Part shown: piece by piece, positions 39,215 through 49,108 of the stretch
How positions within the stretch are numbered: position 1 is the first letter of the stretch
How the letters are laid out: every line of letters starts with the position of its first letter
DNA from: Candidatus Limnocylindria bacterium
GTDB lineage: Bacteria > Chloroflexota > Limnocylindria > P2-11E
Direction of reading: 5' to 3'
Assembly: GCA_036523395.1 (NCBI GenBank)
Contig: DATDEH010000021.1
Location: 2,175 to 66,174 of the forward strand
DNA length: 64,000 bases
Made by a program: the position numbers and the translations under genes
The notes under the pieces: model-generated
Database searches by the model: none
What the model was told of the DNA's origin: nothing
What the model saw: only the letters and a program-made list of their open reading frames with translations

Positions 39215-40486
39215 CTAGCCGCTTGCTGGACGAGCTTCCAAGCTCCGCCACTCGGCCGCCGTCCTCACTCGTGGCAGCGGCGAGAAGATCAGGAAGAGGA
39301 GCGATGCGGCCATGCCGGCCCATCCGACGGCGATCGCGCCGCGAACCCCGATCCCTTCGGCGATCGCGGCCGCGGCGAGCGCGCCGATCGGGAAGCCGAT
39401 CCCGTGTGAGACGACCTCGAGCGTCGCGTTCGCGCGACCGAGGATCCGATCGGGTATGAGGCCCTGCACGAGCGAGATCTCCCCCACCCCCTCGATCGTC
39501 TGCAGTCCGTCCCCGATGAGTTGCGGCAGGAACACCATGAGCGTCGCGAGGAGGACTGGACCTTGGGCCAGGGGCGTGAGCACACCGAGTGCCGACGACC
39601 CGAGCGCCATCCAGATGATCGCGGGGCCGATGCCGAGAGCTGCGATCACGCGCGAGGCGAAGACCGATCCGACCAGCGAGCCGACGCCGCCGGCGGAGAT
39701 CACGATCCCGAGAAGGAAGGGATCGAGGTGCAGGTCCTGCAAGAGGTAGAGCGAATAGAGGACGCCGTAGAACGATCCGAAGATGTGGCCGAGGATCGAT
39801 CGCAGCGCGAGCGGGAAGACGACGGCGTGACGCCGCACGACCCAGAGGCCCTCGACGATCTCCTGCGCGATCCGTGTCGTCGTATCGCGCACGGGTCGCA
39901 GGGGCTCGGGACTGCGGATCATCGCGAGCGACACCGCCGAGGCCACGAACGAGAACGCATCGACGAGGATCGCGAACGGCGCGCCGGCGATCTGCACGAG
40001 GGTTCCCGCGAGCCCCGGGCCGCCGATCTCGGCGATCGACGAGCTCGTAGCCAGCTTGCTGTTCGCGTCGACGACGCGGTCGGTCCCGATGAGCGATGGC
40101 ACGTAAGCCGGATACGCCGAGTTGAACAGCGAGGCGAGGCACGCCTCGAGGAAAGCGACCGCGTACAGCTGCTCGATCCGCAGGGCGCCGATCGCGTACG
40201 CGACGGGGACCCAGAACAGCAGCACCGCGCGGATGATGTCGGTCCCGACGAGGATCGGTCGTCGTCTGAGTCGATCGACCCAGGCACCCGCGACGAGTCC
40301 GACCACAAGCACCCCCAGGCTGGCCGAAATGACCAGGTAGGCCATCTCGCGGGGTCCAGCGCCGAGCACGAGGAGCGCGACGAGCGGAAGGGCGGTGCGC
40401 GTCACCACGGACCCGAGCCTGGAGATCGTCTGTCCGGTCCAAAGCTTGAGGAAATCCGCATGCCGCCACAGCGACGGTGTTGACAC
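39215..40486 (-). CDS. MFS transporter
   Basis: FLKLWTGQTISRLG, GAWVDRLRRR; about 12 TM. Confidence 0.9.
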   Translation of the reverse strand: MSTPSLWRHADFLKLWTGQTISRLGSVVTRTALPLVALLVLGAGPREMAYLVISASLGVLVVGLVAGAWVDRLRRRPILVGTDIIRAVLLFWVPVAYAIGALRIEQLYAVAFLEACLASLFNSAYPAYVPSLIGTDRVVDANSKLATSSSIAEIGGPGLAGTLVQIAGAPFAILVDAFSFVASAVSLAMIRSPEPLRPVRDTTTRIAQEIVEGLWVVRRHAVVFPLALRSILGHIFGSFYGVLYSLYLLQDLHLDPFLLGIVISAGGVGSLVGSVFASRVIAALGIGPAIIWMALGSSALGVLTPLAQGPVLLATLMVFLPQLIGDGLQTIEGVGEISLVQGLIPDRILGRANATLEVVSHGIGFPIGALAAAAIAEGIGVRGAIAVGWAGMAASLLFLIFSPLPRVRTAAEWRSLEARPASG

Positions 40487-40538
40487 TTCGGCGCGAGCGT
40501 ACCGTCGCCAGAGAGCCTTCGTTCTTGCGGCCTAGGGA

Positions 40539-42329
40539 ATGGGCGCGCAGGGAAAGAAGGCGGCCCCCGCCGGGCCGACACGACGAAGGGTGCTGGTGAC
40601 CGCTCTCGCCGCCGGTGCGGGTGTCGCGGGCGCCAGGATCCTCGGCCTGCGCAACCTCGATGCGACCGCCTCGCTCAATTCGGCCATGGATGCGATGGAC
40701 ATGTCCATGTCGACCGGCCTGTCGGACTCGGTGGACGAGTACGACGCAATGTTCGGCGTCCCCGACGACTCGTTCTTCGGATCGCAGGACCTCGACCCGG
40801 CGAACATCCCGCAGCCGCGGCCCGCGACGCTGCCGGCGATCAACGTCCGTCCCGCGGTGGCTCTGCAGCCACCGATAAGCGGCATCGCAGCGCCGAAGCT
40901 CGCCGGCGACGTCGACTGGATCTCTCCGCTCGCGAAGGAGAGCGCGAAGGTCACGCATCTGTTGCGGCGCGCCACGTTCGGCGCGACCGACGCCGAGCTC
41001 GACCGCGCGCTGTCGGAGGGCTTCGCGCGCACGGTCGAGCGCGTCATCGAATCGCCCTTCGTCGAGCCGCCGGTCTTCCCCGCTCCGGCCGCACCGCGGC
41101 CGTCGGCCTCGCCGTCAACGGCACCGCGCGCGAGCGCAAGCGGCTCCGCAAAGCCCTCCCCAACGTCGGCGCCGATCACGACGTTCACCGTGCGGCCGAG
41201 CCCGACCACCGCACCGAGCATGGGCGCGGTCGCGGCGAGCGCGGGCCCGAGCGTGCCGGGGGTGATGACGAACACGACTTCGATCAACATCGGCAACCTC
41301 CAGAGCTGGTGGCTCGACTGGATGACGAAGAGCCCGACGCCGTTCGCCGAGCGCATGACGCTCTTCTGGCACGGGCACTTCACCAGCGACTACCGCAAGG
41401 TCGGGACGAACTCGCCCGCGATCTACTGGCAGAACCTCACGTGGCGACGGATGGCCCTCGGCGACTTCAAGAGCATGCTGCTCAAGGTCACGCCAGACCT
41501 CGCGATGCTGCGTTACCTCGACCTCGCGGCGAGCACAGGGCGCGCGCCGAACGAGAACTACGCGCGCGAGCTGCTCGAGCTCTTCACGATGGGCGTGGGC
41601 AACTACACCGAGGACGACGTGAAGGCCGCGGCGAAAGCGCTCGCGGGCTGGCGACTCCCGGCTCGCACCGAACCGACCGGCCAGACCGGCATCTTCGACG
41701 CGCGGCGCGCCTACGCCGGCGCGGTGACTTTCCTTGGCAAGACCGGGACGTTCAACACCGAGAGCGTGGTCGATACGATCCTGGCCCACGACGCGACGGC
41801 GCCGTACATCGCGCGGCGACTCGTCACGTCGTTCGTGACGCCGAGCCCTTCGGATGCGTACATCGCGCGACTCGCGGATCGTTTCCGCCGATCGCGCTAC
41901 GACACGAAGCTGCTGATGCGCGACATCCTCACCAGCCCTGAATTCGTCGCGCCCGATACGTTCCGCGCCCTCATCAAGTCGCCCACCGACTTCATGGTGT
42001 CGACCGCAAAGGCGCTCGGCGCGACGAACCTCAGCGCGACGATCCGCCAGTACGGCCCGACGCTCGGCCAGAACCTGTTCGACCCACCGAGCGTTGCCGG
42101 CTGGGGCGATGGGGCGTCGTGGATCTCCTCGAACACGATGCTGCAGCGCGCGAACTTCGTCACCGCGGCGCTCGGATCGATGCGCACCGCGCCGTCCGCG
42201 GCGCGCGCTCACGAGCGCCACCTCGACGCCGTGCTCGCCCAGGGCACGGTGAACGAGCTGAATCTCGCGCGCGACGACAAGTCGCGCTGGTTCGCGGTGT
42301 TCGCATCGCCGGAGTTCCAGCTGAAATGA
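40539..42329 (+). CDS. DUF1800 family protein with Tat-like signal
   Basis: TRRRVL signal; HLLRRATFG, ERMTLFWHGHF, NENYARELLELFTMG, LFDPPSVAGW, ASPEFQL. Confidence 0.9.
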   Translation: MGAQGKKAAPAGPTRRRVLVTALAAGAGVAGARILGLRNLDATASLNSAMDAMDMSMSTGLSDSVDEYDAMFGVPDDSFFGSQDLDPANIPQPRPATLPAINVRPAVALQPPISGIAAPKLAGDVDWISPLAKESAKVTHLLRRATFGATDAELDRALSEGFARTVERVIESPFVEPPVFPAPAAPRPSASPSTAPRASASGSAKPSPTSAPITTFTVRPSPTTAPSMGAVAASAGPSVPGVMTNTTSINIGNLQSWWLDWMTKSPTPFAERMTLFWHGHFTSDYRKVGTNSPAIYWQNLTWRRMALGDFKSMLLKVTPDLAMLRYLDLAASTGRAPNENYARELLELFTMGVGNYTEDDVKAAAKALAGWRLPARTEPTGQTGIFDARRAYAGAVTFLGKTGTFNTESVVDTILAHDATAPYIARRLVTSFVTPSPSDAYIARLADRFRRSRYDTKLLMRDILTSPEFVAPDTFRALIKSPTDFMVSTAKALGATNLSATIRQYGPTLGQNLFDPPSVAGWGDGASWISSNTMLQRANFVTAALGSMRTAPSAARAHERHLDAVLAQGTVNELNLARDDKSRWFAVFASPEFQLK

Positions 42330-42339
42330 GGTACGCGTA

Positions 42340-43617
42340 ATGGGCGCCACCGATCTCTCACGGCTCTCACGTCGTGACTTCCTCAAGAACGGCTTCGTCT
42401 TCGGGGCCGGCGCGGCCGGTCTCGCGGCCGGTTACGCGGCGGTGCCCGACGTCTTCGCCCGCGCGGTCTACGGCGGCAAGCGCGACGGCGTGATGAACGA
42501 CCGCGTTCTGGTGATGATCCAGCTCGCCGGCGGCGCGGACGGGCTCCAGACCGTGATCCCGCTCCAGGACCCGAGACTGCGCACCTTGCGGCCGCAGCTC
42601 TCGCAGGCGGCCAACACCGCGCTCCCCCTCGATGGGAACTTCGGCCTGAACCGGTCGATGCGCGGCGTCAAGACGCTCTTCGACCAGGGCAAGGTCGCGA
42701 TCGTCCACGGCGTCGGGTATCCGCAGCCGAACTACTCGCACTTCGACTCCATCCGCATCTGGGAGACCGGCGACCCCATGCGTCGGCAGCAGGACGGATG
42801 GCTCGGAAAGACGATCGCGGCGAACTACGACTCCGCCGGCCACCCGCTGGTCGGCTGCGCCTGCGGCTCGTCCGAGATCCCGGGCGCGTTGCGCGATCTC
42901 GACGCCACGCTGTCCGTCGTGAACGGACAGAACACGTTCAAGTTCAACGGCACGGACGCCGAACGCGCGATGGGCGTCATCTACAACGGGACGCCCGGCA
43001 TCTACGGCGCGCTCTTCGACACATCGGTGTTCAGCGCGCGCGACACGATGGCGCGGCTGCGGCTCGCGCGCGAGAAATACACACCGCGCGCGTCATACAA
43101 CGACAACGTCAACCTCGTGTACTCCTCGCGCAACCAGCTCGCGTCGGCGCTGCAGCTCGCGGCGCAGCTGATCATCAGCGGCGTCGGCGCGAAGATCCTG
43201 CACGTCACGCTCGGCGGCTTCGACACGCACGACCAGCAGATGGCGCGCGTCGACAGCCTGATGGGCTACGTCGACAGCGCGATCGCGGCGTTCCACGCCG
43301 ACCTCACCGCATACGGAATGGCCGACCGAGTGCTGATCGCGACGTGGTCCGAGTTCGGACGCCGCGCAGCGGAGACCGCGAACGGCGGGACCGACCACGG
43401 GGCGGCCGCGCCGATGTTCCTCATCGGGGACACGGTGAAAGGCGGCTTCTACGGCGAGGCGCCGAGCCTGAGCGCACTCGATCGAGGCGGTAGCCTCAAG
43501 TACACCGTGGACTTCCGTCAGGTCTACCAGGAGATCCTCGAGTCGCACCTCAAGGTCGACGCGCAGGAGGTCCTGGGCAGGCAGTTCGAGCGCATCGCGG
43601 CAGTCGCGACCGCCTAG
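42340..43617 (+). CDS. DUF1501 family protein with Tat signal
   Basis: SRRDFLK; LVMIQLAGGADGL, NYSHFDS, GGFDTH, WSEFGRR, GTDHG. Confidence 0.92.
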   Translation: MGATDLSRLSRRDFLKNGFVFGAGAAGLAAGYAAVPDVFARAVYGGKRDGVMNDRVLVMIQLAGGADGLQTVIPLQDPRLRTLRPQLSQAANTALPLDGNFGLNRSMRGVKTLFDQGKVAIVHGVGYPQPNYSHFDSIRIWETGDPMRRQQDGWLGKTIAANYDSAGHPLVGCACGSSEIPGALRDLDATLSVVNGQNTFKFNGTDAERAMGVIYNGTPGIYGALFDTSVFSARDTMARLRLAREKYTPRASYNDNVNLVYSSRNQLASALQLAAQLIISGVGAKILHVTLGGFDTHDQQMARVDSLMGYVDSAIAAFHADLTAYGMADRVLIATWSEFGRRAAETANGGTDHGAAAPMFLIGDTVKGGFYGEAPSLSALDRGGSLKYTVDFRQVYQEILESHLKVDAQEVLGRQFERIAAVATA

Positions 43618-43988
43618 TGCCGCCTTGGGCGCTTCGCGTGCTGGCCGCGGGCATCACGACGCTGTCGCTCCTCGGTTCAACGAGCTACGCGCTGGCGCAC
43701 CCGAAGAACCCGAACGCGCCGCTGCAGCCGCCGGTCGCCGAGAGACCGGCCGCGCCACCGGAACCTTCGCCGACGCCTGTGCCGACGCTTCCGTTTCGCA
43801 CGGTCACGCCGACCACACCGCCACCGCCCACGACGCCACCACCGACCGCCCGCGCGACCGCGGCCGGGCCGACGCCGTCGCCCACCCGCGCGCCGACGCT
43901 GCGCCCGGCGCCCGTTCCGCAGATCACGCTGCAGGCCGGCGTCCGCGCGACGGCGCTGCCGCGGGTGACGATCACGCACGTTTCGTGA
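43617..43988 (+). CDS. Small Pro/Thr-rich exported or anchored protein
   Basis: TAG/GTG 1-nt overlap with DUF1501; N-terminal hydrophobic segment and a Pro/Thr stalk. Confidence 0.7.
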   Translation: MPPWALRVLAAGITTLSLLGSTSYALAHPKNPNAPLQPPVAERPAAPPEPSPTPVPTLPFRTVTPTTPPPPTTPPPTARATAAGPTPSPTRAPTLRPAPVPQITLQAGVRATALPRVTITHVS

Positions 43989-44033
43989 CCCTTTCCTAAC
44001 AACGACGCTCCCTCGCTCGCCTAGCCTCTCCTT

Positions 44034-44573
44034 GTGAACGACCTCACCTTCTGGTTCCTCGCGCGGATCACCGGCCTCACGGCGTTCGCGGTGCTGTCGC
44101 TCTCGGTCCTCTCCGGCGAGGCGCTGCGGACGTCGGTCCTCGACTTCCTCGCGTCGAACCGCGCCATCCGCAAGCTGCACGATTTCACGACGCCGCTCTG
44201 GCTGCCCCTCGTCTTCGCGCACATCGTCTCGCTGCTCCTCGACAAGACCGCGCAGATCCGCCCCATCGACATCGTCGTGCCGTTCGTGAATCCGTACGAG
44301 CCCTACTTCCTGCCGATCGGGCTCGGGACGGTCGCGTTCGACATCGTCATGGTCGTGACCGTCACGAGCTGGCTCAAACGGCGCATGAACAACACGCTCT
44401 GGATGTGGATCCACCGCACGAGCTACATCGCGTTCGTCGCGATCTTCTTCCACGCGGCACAGTCCGGCACCGACTTCGACGCGCCGCTCGTGTCCGCGAT
44501 CGCATGGTCCACTGCGGCCGCGCTCGCGATCATCGGCGTGACGCGCATCGTGTGGGGTCGCCTCCCCGCCTGA
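44034..44573 (+). CDS. Ferric reductase-like transmembrane (heme b) protein
   Basis: ARITG; four His in two pairs (KLHDF...FAHIV; WIHRTSY...FFHAA); no NAD(P)H/FAD domain. Confidence 0.82.
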   Translation: MNDLTFWFLARITGLTAFAVLSLSVLSGEALRTSVLDFLASNRAIRKLHDFTTPLWLPLVFAHIVSLLLDKTAQIRPIDIVVPFVNPYEPYFLPIGLGTVAFDIVMVVTVTSWLKRRMNNTLWMWIHRTSYIAFVAIFFHAAQSGTDFDAPLVSAIAWSTAAALAIIGVTRIVWGRLPA

Positions 44574-44601
44574 GCATCGATAACTCGTTAGTCTCCGTGC
44601 C

Positions 44602-45360
44602 GTGATCGTCCGATACGCCGGTGACGCGATACGCGCGCGCGAACAGTACGCGAAGCGCCCGGGATCGAACCTCAAGTTCGTGCTGCGCAAGCGCTTCTCG
44701 TGGATGCAGCACTACCTCGGAGCTCGGACGTACGCGGTCGAGATCGGCTGTGGCGCCGGCTTCAGCGAGATGTTCCTGCACGCCGGGACGCTCGAGCTCA
44801 CCGACGCGGAGGCTCGTCCGTGGGCGAAGCGCGTCGTCGACGCGCACGAGCTCCCCTATGCCGACGCGAGCATCGACGTGCTCATCGCGAACAACGTGAT
44901 CCACCACCTCGCATTCCCCGACCGATTCTTGCGTGGCGCGGCGCGCGTGCTCCGTGCGGGCGGGCATATGCTCATCCAGGAATGCAACTGCTCGTGGACG
45001 ACGCGCATCGCGCTCCGCGCGACGGGCCACGAAGGGTACGACTTCTCCGCTGACCCGTTCGATCCAACCCGTCCATGCAACGATCCGAGCGATCCCTGGA
45101 GCGCGAACTGCGCGATCCCCAACCTGCTCTTCGATGACCTCAAGCGATTTCGCGAGCGGTACCCGGAATTTGCGGTCGTGGACTCGGGGATGTCCGAGTT
45201 CTTCATCCAATTCAATTCCGGCGGCGTTACCGCAAGCGTCCCGTACGTCCCGCTGCCCTGGACTGCGCTCCGCGTGGTCGACCTCATCGACACCGCGCTT
45301 GTCGCGATCGCGCCAGGTGTCTTCGCCAGCCAGCGCCGCTTGGTCCTAAGGCGCTCGTAG
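44602..45360 (+). CDS. Class I SAM-dependent methyltransferase
   Basis: VEIGCGAG, DAHELPYADASIDV, VIHHL. Confidence 0.85.
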   Translation: MIVRYAGDAIRAREQYAKRPGSNLKFVLRKRFSWMQHYLGARTYAVEIGCGAGFSEMFLHAGTLELTDAEARPWAKRVVDAHELPYADASIDVLIANNVIHHLAFPDRFLRGAARVLRAGGHMLIQECNCSWTTRIALRATGHEGYDFSADPFDPTRPCNDPSDPWSANCAIPNLLFDDLKRFRERYPEFAVVDSGMSEFFIQFNSGGVTASVPYVPLPWTALRVVDLIDTALVAIAPGVFASQRRLVLRRS

Positions 45361-46836
45361 CCGCCACAGCGGCCAGCCTGTCGCGGGTTCCGTTCCGGCG
45401 CGATCGTAATTCGCCACGACGAACTCGACGACACCTTCGAGCTCCGGTAGGGCCGCGTACTGCGGCTCCGGCGAGGCCCACGAGCTCAGGCCGGCGAGAT
45501 CCAGCGGTGGTGTCACGAAGCTGTCGCGCGAAGAATCGACGATGAGCGTGGGCCGAGCGCGCCGCAGATCGGCCAGGAGCTCCTCCACGCGAGCTGGCGT
45601 CGCGTAGCCGCGCGTCGAGAGAGCGGCGTACTGGTAGACGTACCGCGTGGGCGACCGCCGATCCGCGAGGAAGAGCACCTCCGCGTGCGAGCCCCAGATA
45701 AGCACGGTGTCCTGCGGCCGCGTGTTCGAGGCGACGTACGCGGCAGCGGAGCGGATCCTTCCGTCTGCGGTCGTCAGCGCCAGACGCGAGACCAGGAGCG
45801 CGGGCTGGACCGACGTGAGCAGCACCGCGGCCGCCAGCGCCGGTCGCGCGACACGCGATGGAACGACACGCTGCAGCTCGCTCGCCGCGAACGCGGTGAC
45901 GATCGCCATCGCGGGCAGCCACGGGATGAAGTAGTAGTGGTACCCGCGGCCCCACGTCGAGAGCACGATCTCGAGCGGCAACGCGACAAGAGCGATGGCG
46001 ACGAGGGCCGACGCGAACCGGCGCGATGCGATCGCGTACAGCCACGCGCCGACGGCCACGACCGCGAGACCCGACGGCAGCGTGAGTCGGAGACCCGAGA
46101 GGACGGCGTCGATCCGATCCGAGAGAGGCGCGAAGCCCGCGTACGCGCGGTTGTAGACGACGGCCTGATCCAGCATCTCTCCGAGAACGCCGCGCGCGGT
46201 GGCCCATGCCGCGGCGACCGCGAGCGGGACGAGAGCACCGAAGGCGATGAGCGCGACCGGCGTGACGGCGGCGCGCCTGGCTCGCAGGAGGGTCACCAGA
46301 GCGACCGCGACGACGATGCCCACGAGCGTCGGCTTGAACAGCAGCATCGCGCCGGCGAGCGCGCCGATGCCGAGCGCGCGCGACCGCGTGAGGGGCACGC
46401 CGTACAACAGAAGGACCGCGAACTGGAGCGGCAGGGCGTAGAACTCGACGAAGCTCGTCTGTGCGGCGTCGGACAGGAAGAGGCGCGGCAGAGCGACGAG
46501 CCACGCGAGTGAGCCGACGAGCGCGGCCGCCACGCCGAATTCGCGGCGCAGCGCCCGGTAGCCGATCAGCGACGCCGCGATCAAGAACGCGAGCTGTACG
46601 AGCCACACGCCGGTCTCGTGCGCGAGCGCGATGCCCACGGCATCGACGAAGTACACGCCCGGCGGCTTGTGGTCCCAGATGTCGCGGTAAGGCGCGCCGC
46701 CGTCGAGCAGGCGCTGCGCGGCGTAGAAGAAGACGCCCGAGTCCTCCGCGGGGTCGCGGCCGGCGGGTTGATTCGGCAGGAGCACCGCGATCGAGACGAG
46801 GACCAGCAGCGGGACCGCGACCGCTCCGACGCGCAT
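45346..46836 (-). CDS. GT-C fold (ArnT/PMT-like) membrane glycosyltransferase
   Basis: EDSGVFFY...PYRDIWDHKPPG, E-F-Y, FKP; many TM. Confidence 0.78.
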   Translation of the reverse strand: MRVGAVAVPLLVLVSIAVLLPNQPAGRDPAEDSGVFFYAAQRLLDGGAPYRDIWDHKPPGVYFVDAVGIALAHETGVWLVQLAFLIAASLIGYRALRREFGVAAALVGSLAWLVALPRLFLSDAAQTSFVEFYALPLQFAVLLLYGVPLTRSRALGIGALAGAMLLFKPTLVGIVVAVALVTLLRARRAAVTPVALIAFGALVPLAVAAAWATARGVLGEMLDQAVVYNRAYAGFAPLSDRIDAVLSGLRLTLPSGLAVVAVGAWLYAIASRRFASALVAIALVALPLEIVLSTWGRGYHYYFIPWLPAMAIVTAFAASELQRVVPSRVARPALAAAVLLTSVQPALLVSRLALTTADGRIRSAAAYVASNTRPQDTVLIWGSHAEVLFLADRRSPTRYVYQYAALSTRGYATPARVEELLADLRRARPTLIVDSSRDSFVTPPLDLAGLSSWASPEPQYAALPELEGVVEFVVANYDRAGTEPATGWPLWRLRAP

Positions 46837-46867
46837 CGCGAAACAGATTCGCGCATCCTGTGCGCTG

Positions 46868-48232
46868 GTGCCGCGGCGGGTAGCGATCGTCGGCGCGGGT
46901 GTGGCCGGACTGGTGGCCGGCCGCGAGCTCGCGCGCCGCGGACACCCGGTGACGCTGTACGAGAGATGGCCCGATGTCTCGGGCCAGGCCAGTGCGTTCG
47001 ATCTCGGGAACGGCGTGTGGATCGACCGCTACTACCACCACCTGTTCCAAAGCGACAGCGACATGATCGCGTTGCACGACGAGCTGCTGCCCGGCGAGCT
47101 CGAGTGGCACACGTCGTCCGTCGGCATCTGGGCGCGCGGTCGCGTATGGCCCTTCGTGAGCCCGCTCGATCTCCTCAACTACCGACCGCTTCCGCTCGTC
47201 GACCGCCTGCGACTCGGATACTCGGTGCTCCGCCTGACGGCGCGGACCGACTGGGAGCGGATGGACGACATCGGCGCGCTCGACTGGCTGCGCAGTGCCT
47301 CCGGCGAGCGCGCGCTCGCGTCCGTGTGGACGCCGCTCATGCTCGGAAAGTTCGGCGCAGACAGCGAACGCGTGCCCCTCGCGTGGCTCTGGTCGAAGTT
47401 CCGCTTGCGCCGCAGGCTCCGCGGCAGCGGCGCGACGAAGGAGCAGCTGGGCTACCCGCGCGGATCGTTCCGCGCGATCTGTCAGAAGCTCGCGACCGAG
47501 ATCCGCAAGCTGGGCGGGGAGATCATCGTCGACCGTGAGGTCCTTCGCGTCAGTGAGGACGACGTCACCGAGCGGGGCGAGCCCGCTTATCTGCTGCACT
47601 GCGCGGGACCGGGCGCCTATCGCCGTCGCGCCGGCGAGAGTCCTGTGGAGGCGGCGCTCGCGGGCCGCGCCGACGCAGTGCTCTTCACCACGCCGACGTT
47701 CGTCACGCGTCGACTCACCGAGTGGCCGGCCGACTTCGGGCGCCGCCTCGACGACTGGACCTACGAGACCGCGGTCGTGCTGCTGCTCGAGCTCCGCCGT
47801 CAGTACAGCCCGACGTACTGGACGAACATCGCCGACAGCAACGTGCCGTTCCTGGGTCTGGTCGAGCACACCAACCTCGTACCGCCTGAGCGGTATCCGG
47901 CCCGCTATCTCTACGTGTCGAATTACGTCGCGAGCGGTCATCCGCTCACGCGCATGAACACCGAGGAGCTGCTCCGCCACTACCTCGCCGCGCTCGGTCA
48001 GATGAACCCGCGCTTCGATCAAAAGGACGTGCTGCGGTACTGGTCGTTCCGGGAGGACGCCGCGCAGCCGGTCCCGCGCATCGGCAACCGGCACCGGATC
48101 CTTCCGTTCTCGTCGCCGCGGCGCGGCCTGTATCTCGCGAACACGACCCAGATCTATCCCGAAGATCGCGGCACCAACTACGCCGCGCGGATCGGTCGCG
48201 AGATCGCGGAGCACATCGCGAAGGACGGCTAG
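46868..48232 (+). CDS. FAD-dependent oxidoreductase (HemY/amine-oxidase-like fold)
   Basis: IVGAGVAGL, GQAS, DRYYHHLF, YPEDRGTN. Confidence 0.85.
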   Translation: MPRRVAIVGAGVAGLVAGRELARRGHPVTLYERWPDVSGQASAFDLGNGVWIDRYYHHLFQSDSDMIALHDELLPGELEWHTSSVGIWARGRVWPFVSPLDLLNYRPLPLVDRLRLGYSVLRLTARTDWERMDDIGALDWLRSASGERALASVWTPLMLGKFGADSERVPLAWLWSKFRLRRRLRGSGATKEQLGYPRGSFRAICQKLATEIRKLGGEIIVDREVLRVSEDDVTERGEPAYLLHCAGPGAYRRRAGESPVEAALAGRADAVLFTTPTFVTRRLTEWPADFGRRLDDWTYETAVVLLLELRRQYSPTYWTNIADSNVPFLGLVEHTNLVPPERYPARYLYVSNYVASGHPLTRMNTEELLRHYLAALGQMNPRFDQKDVLRYWSFREDAAQPVPRIGNRHRILPFSSPRRGLYLANTTQIYPEDRGTNYAARIGREIAEHIAKDG

Positions 48233-48241
48233 CATCGGCGG

Positions 48242-49108
48242 GTGAAGCTCGCGGTCATCTTCTCTCCCGCGGCCGGTCACACATACGTCGAGCTGCGCGA
48301 CTTCGCGCGCGAGGCCGAGCGCGTCGGCGTCGAGTCGTTCTGGGTCAGCGATCACTTCTTCGGTGGACCAGTGGGCGTTCCCGACCGCGACTGCCTCGAA
48401 GCGTTCACGCTTCTCGCCGCTCTCGCGCGCGACGCGACGCGTATCCGTCTCGGCGTGCTGGTCGCCGCGGCGCAGTACCGGAATCCCGCGCTGCTCGCGA
48501 AGATCGTCGCCGGCGTCGACCAGATATCGGATGGACGTTTCGAGTTCGGTATCGGGGCCGGGTGGAAGGCGGAGGAGTACCGCGCGTACGGATACGAGTT
48601 CCCGTCAGCGGGCGCTCGCGTTGACCAGTTGAAGGACACGCTCGAGATCTGCCAGCGCATGTGGACGAGCGAACGCGCCACGTACCACGGCAAGCACTAC
48701 CGGATCGAGGACGCGGTGTGCTCACCCAAGCCCGCGCAGCATCCCCATCCGCCGATCTGGGTCGGTGGCAGCGGCCCGCGTGTGATGCGACTCGCCGCGC
48801 GCTACGCGGACGGCTTCGATCTCGGCCGACGTGGACCGGCGGGCGCGCCGCTCAGCGCCGGCGAGATGGCCGCTGCACTTGCAGAAGTGCGGAAGGTCTG
48901 CGACGACGCGAAGCGCCAGCGACCGATCGCGCTCTCGCACTGGGTAAGTGCGGAGCTCGGCCCTGACGACGGATCGAAACAGGAGCTGCTCGACCGGATC
49001 CGCGGCTACGAACGAGCTGGTCTCGATCGACTCCTTCTAGCGTTCCCGCGCGACCGCGCCGGCGAGATGATCAGCCGCCTCGGTGAAGAAGTGCTGGCGC
49101 AGGTCTAG
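48242..49108 (+). CDS. LLM class oxidoreductase, probably F420-dependent
   Basis: SDHF, LAALARDATRIRLG, YRNPALLAK, GIGAGW, PPIWVGGSG. Confidence 0.88.
   Translation: MKLAVIFSPAAGHTYVELRDFAREAERVGVESFWVSDHFFGGPVGVPDRDCLEAFTLLAALARDATRIRLGVLVAAAQYRNPALLAKIVAGVDQISDGRFEFGIGAGWKAEEYRAYGYEFPSAGARVDQLKDTLEICQRMWTSERATYHGKHYRIEDAVCSPKPAQHPHPPIWVGGSGPRVMRLAARYADGFDLGRRGPAGAPLSAGEMAAALAEVRKVCDDAKRQRPIALSHWVSAELGPDDGSKQELLDRIRGYERAGLDRLLLAFPRDRAGEMISRLGEEVLAQV

Noticed and set aside
43617-44573. ApbE-type flavinylation system
   Set aside because: No FAD:protein FMN transferase in the window, and the small protein's tail (ITHVS) lacks an [S/T]GA[S/T] motif.
45284-48355. 1023-aa minus-strand ORF (likewise 816-2480, 8500-10305, 20377-22524, 39189-40958, 58925-60232)
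   Set aside because: Shadow or alternative-frame ORFs overlapping well-supported genes; Arg/Ala/Pro-rich, no motifs; expected at this GC content.
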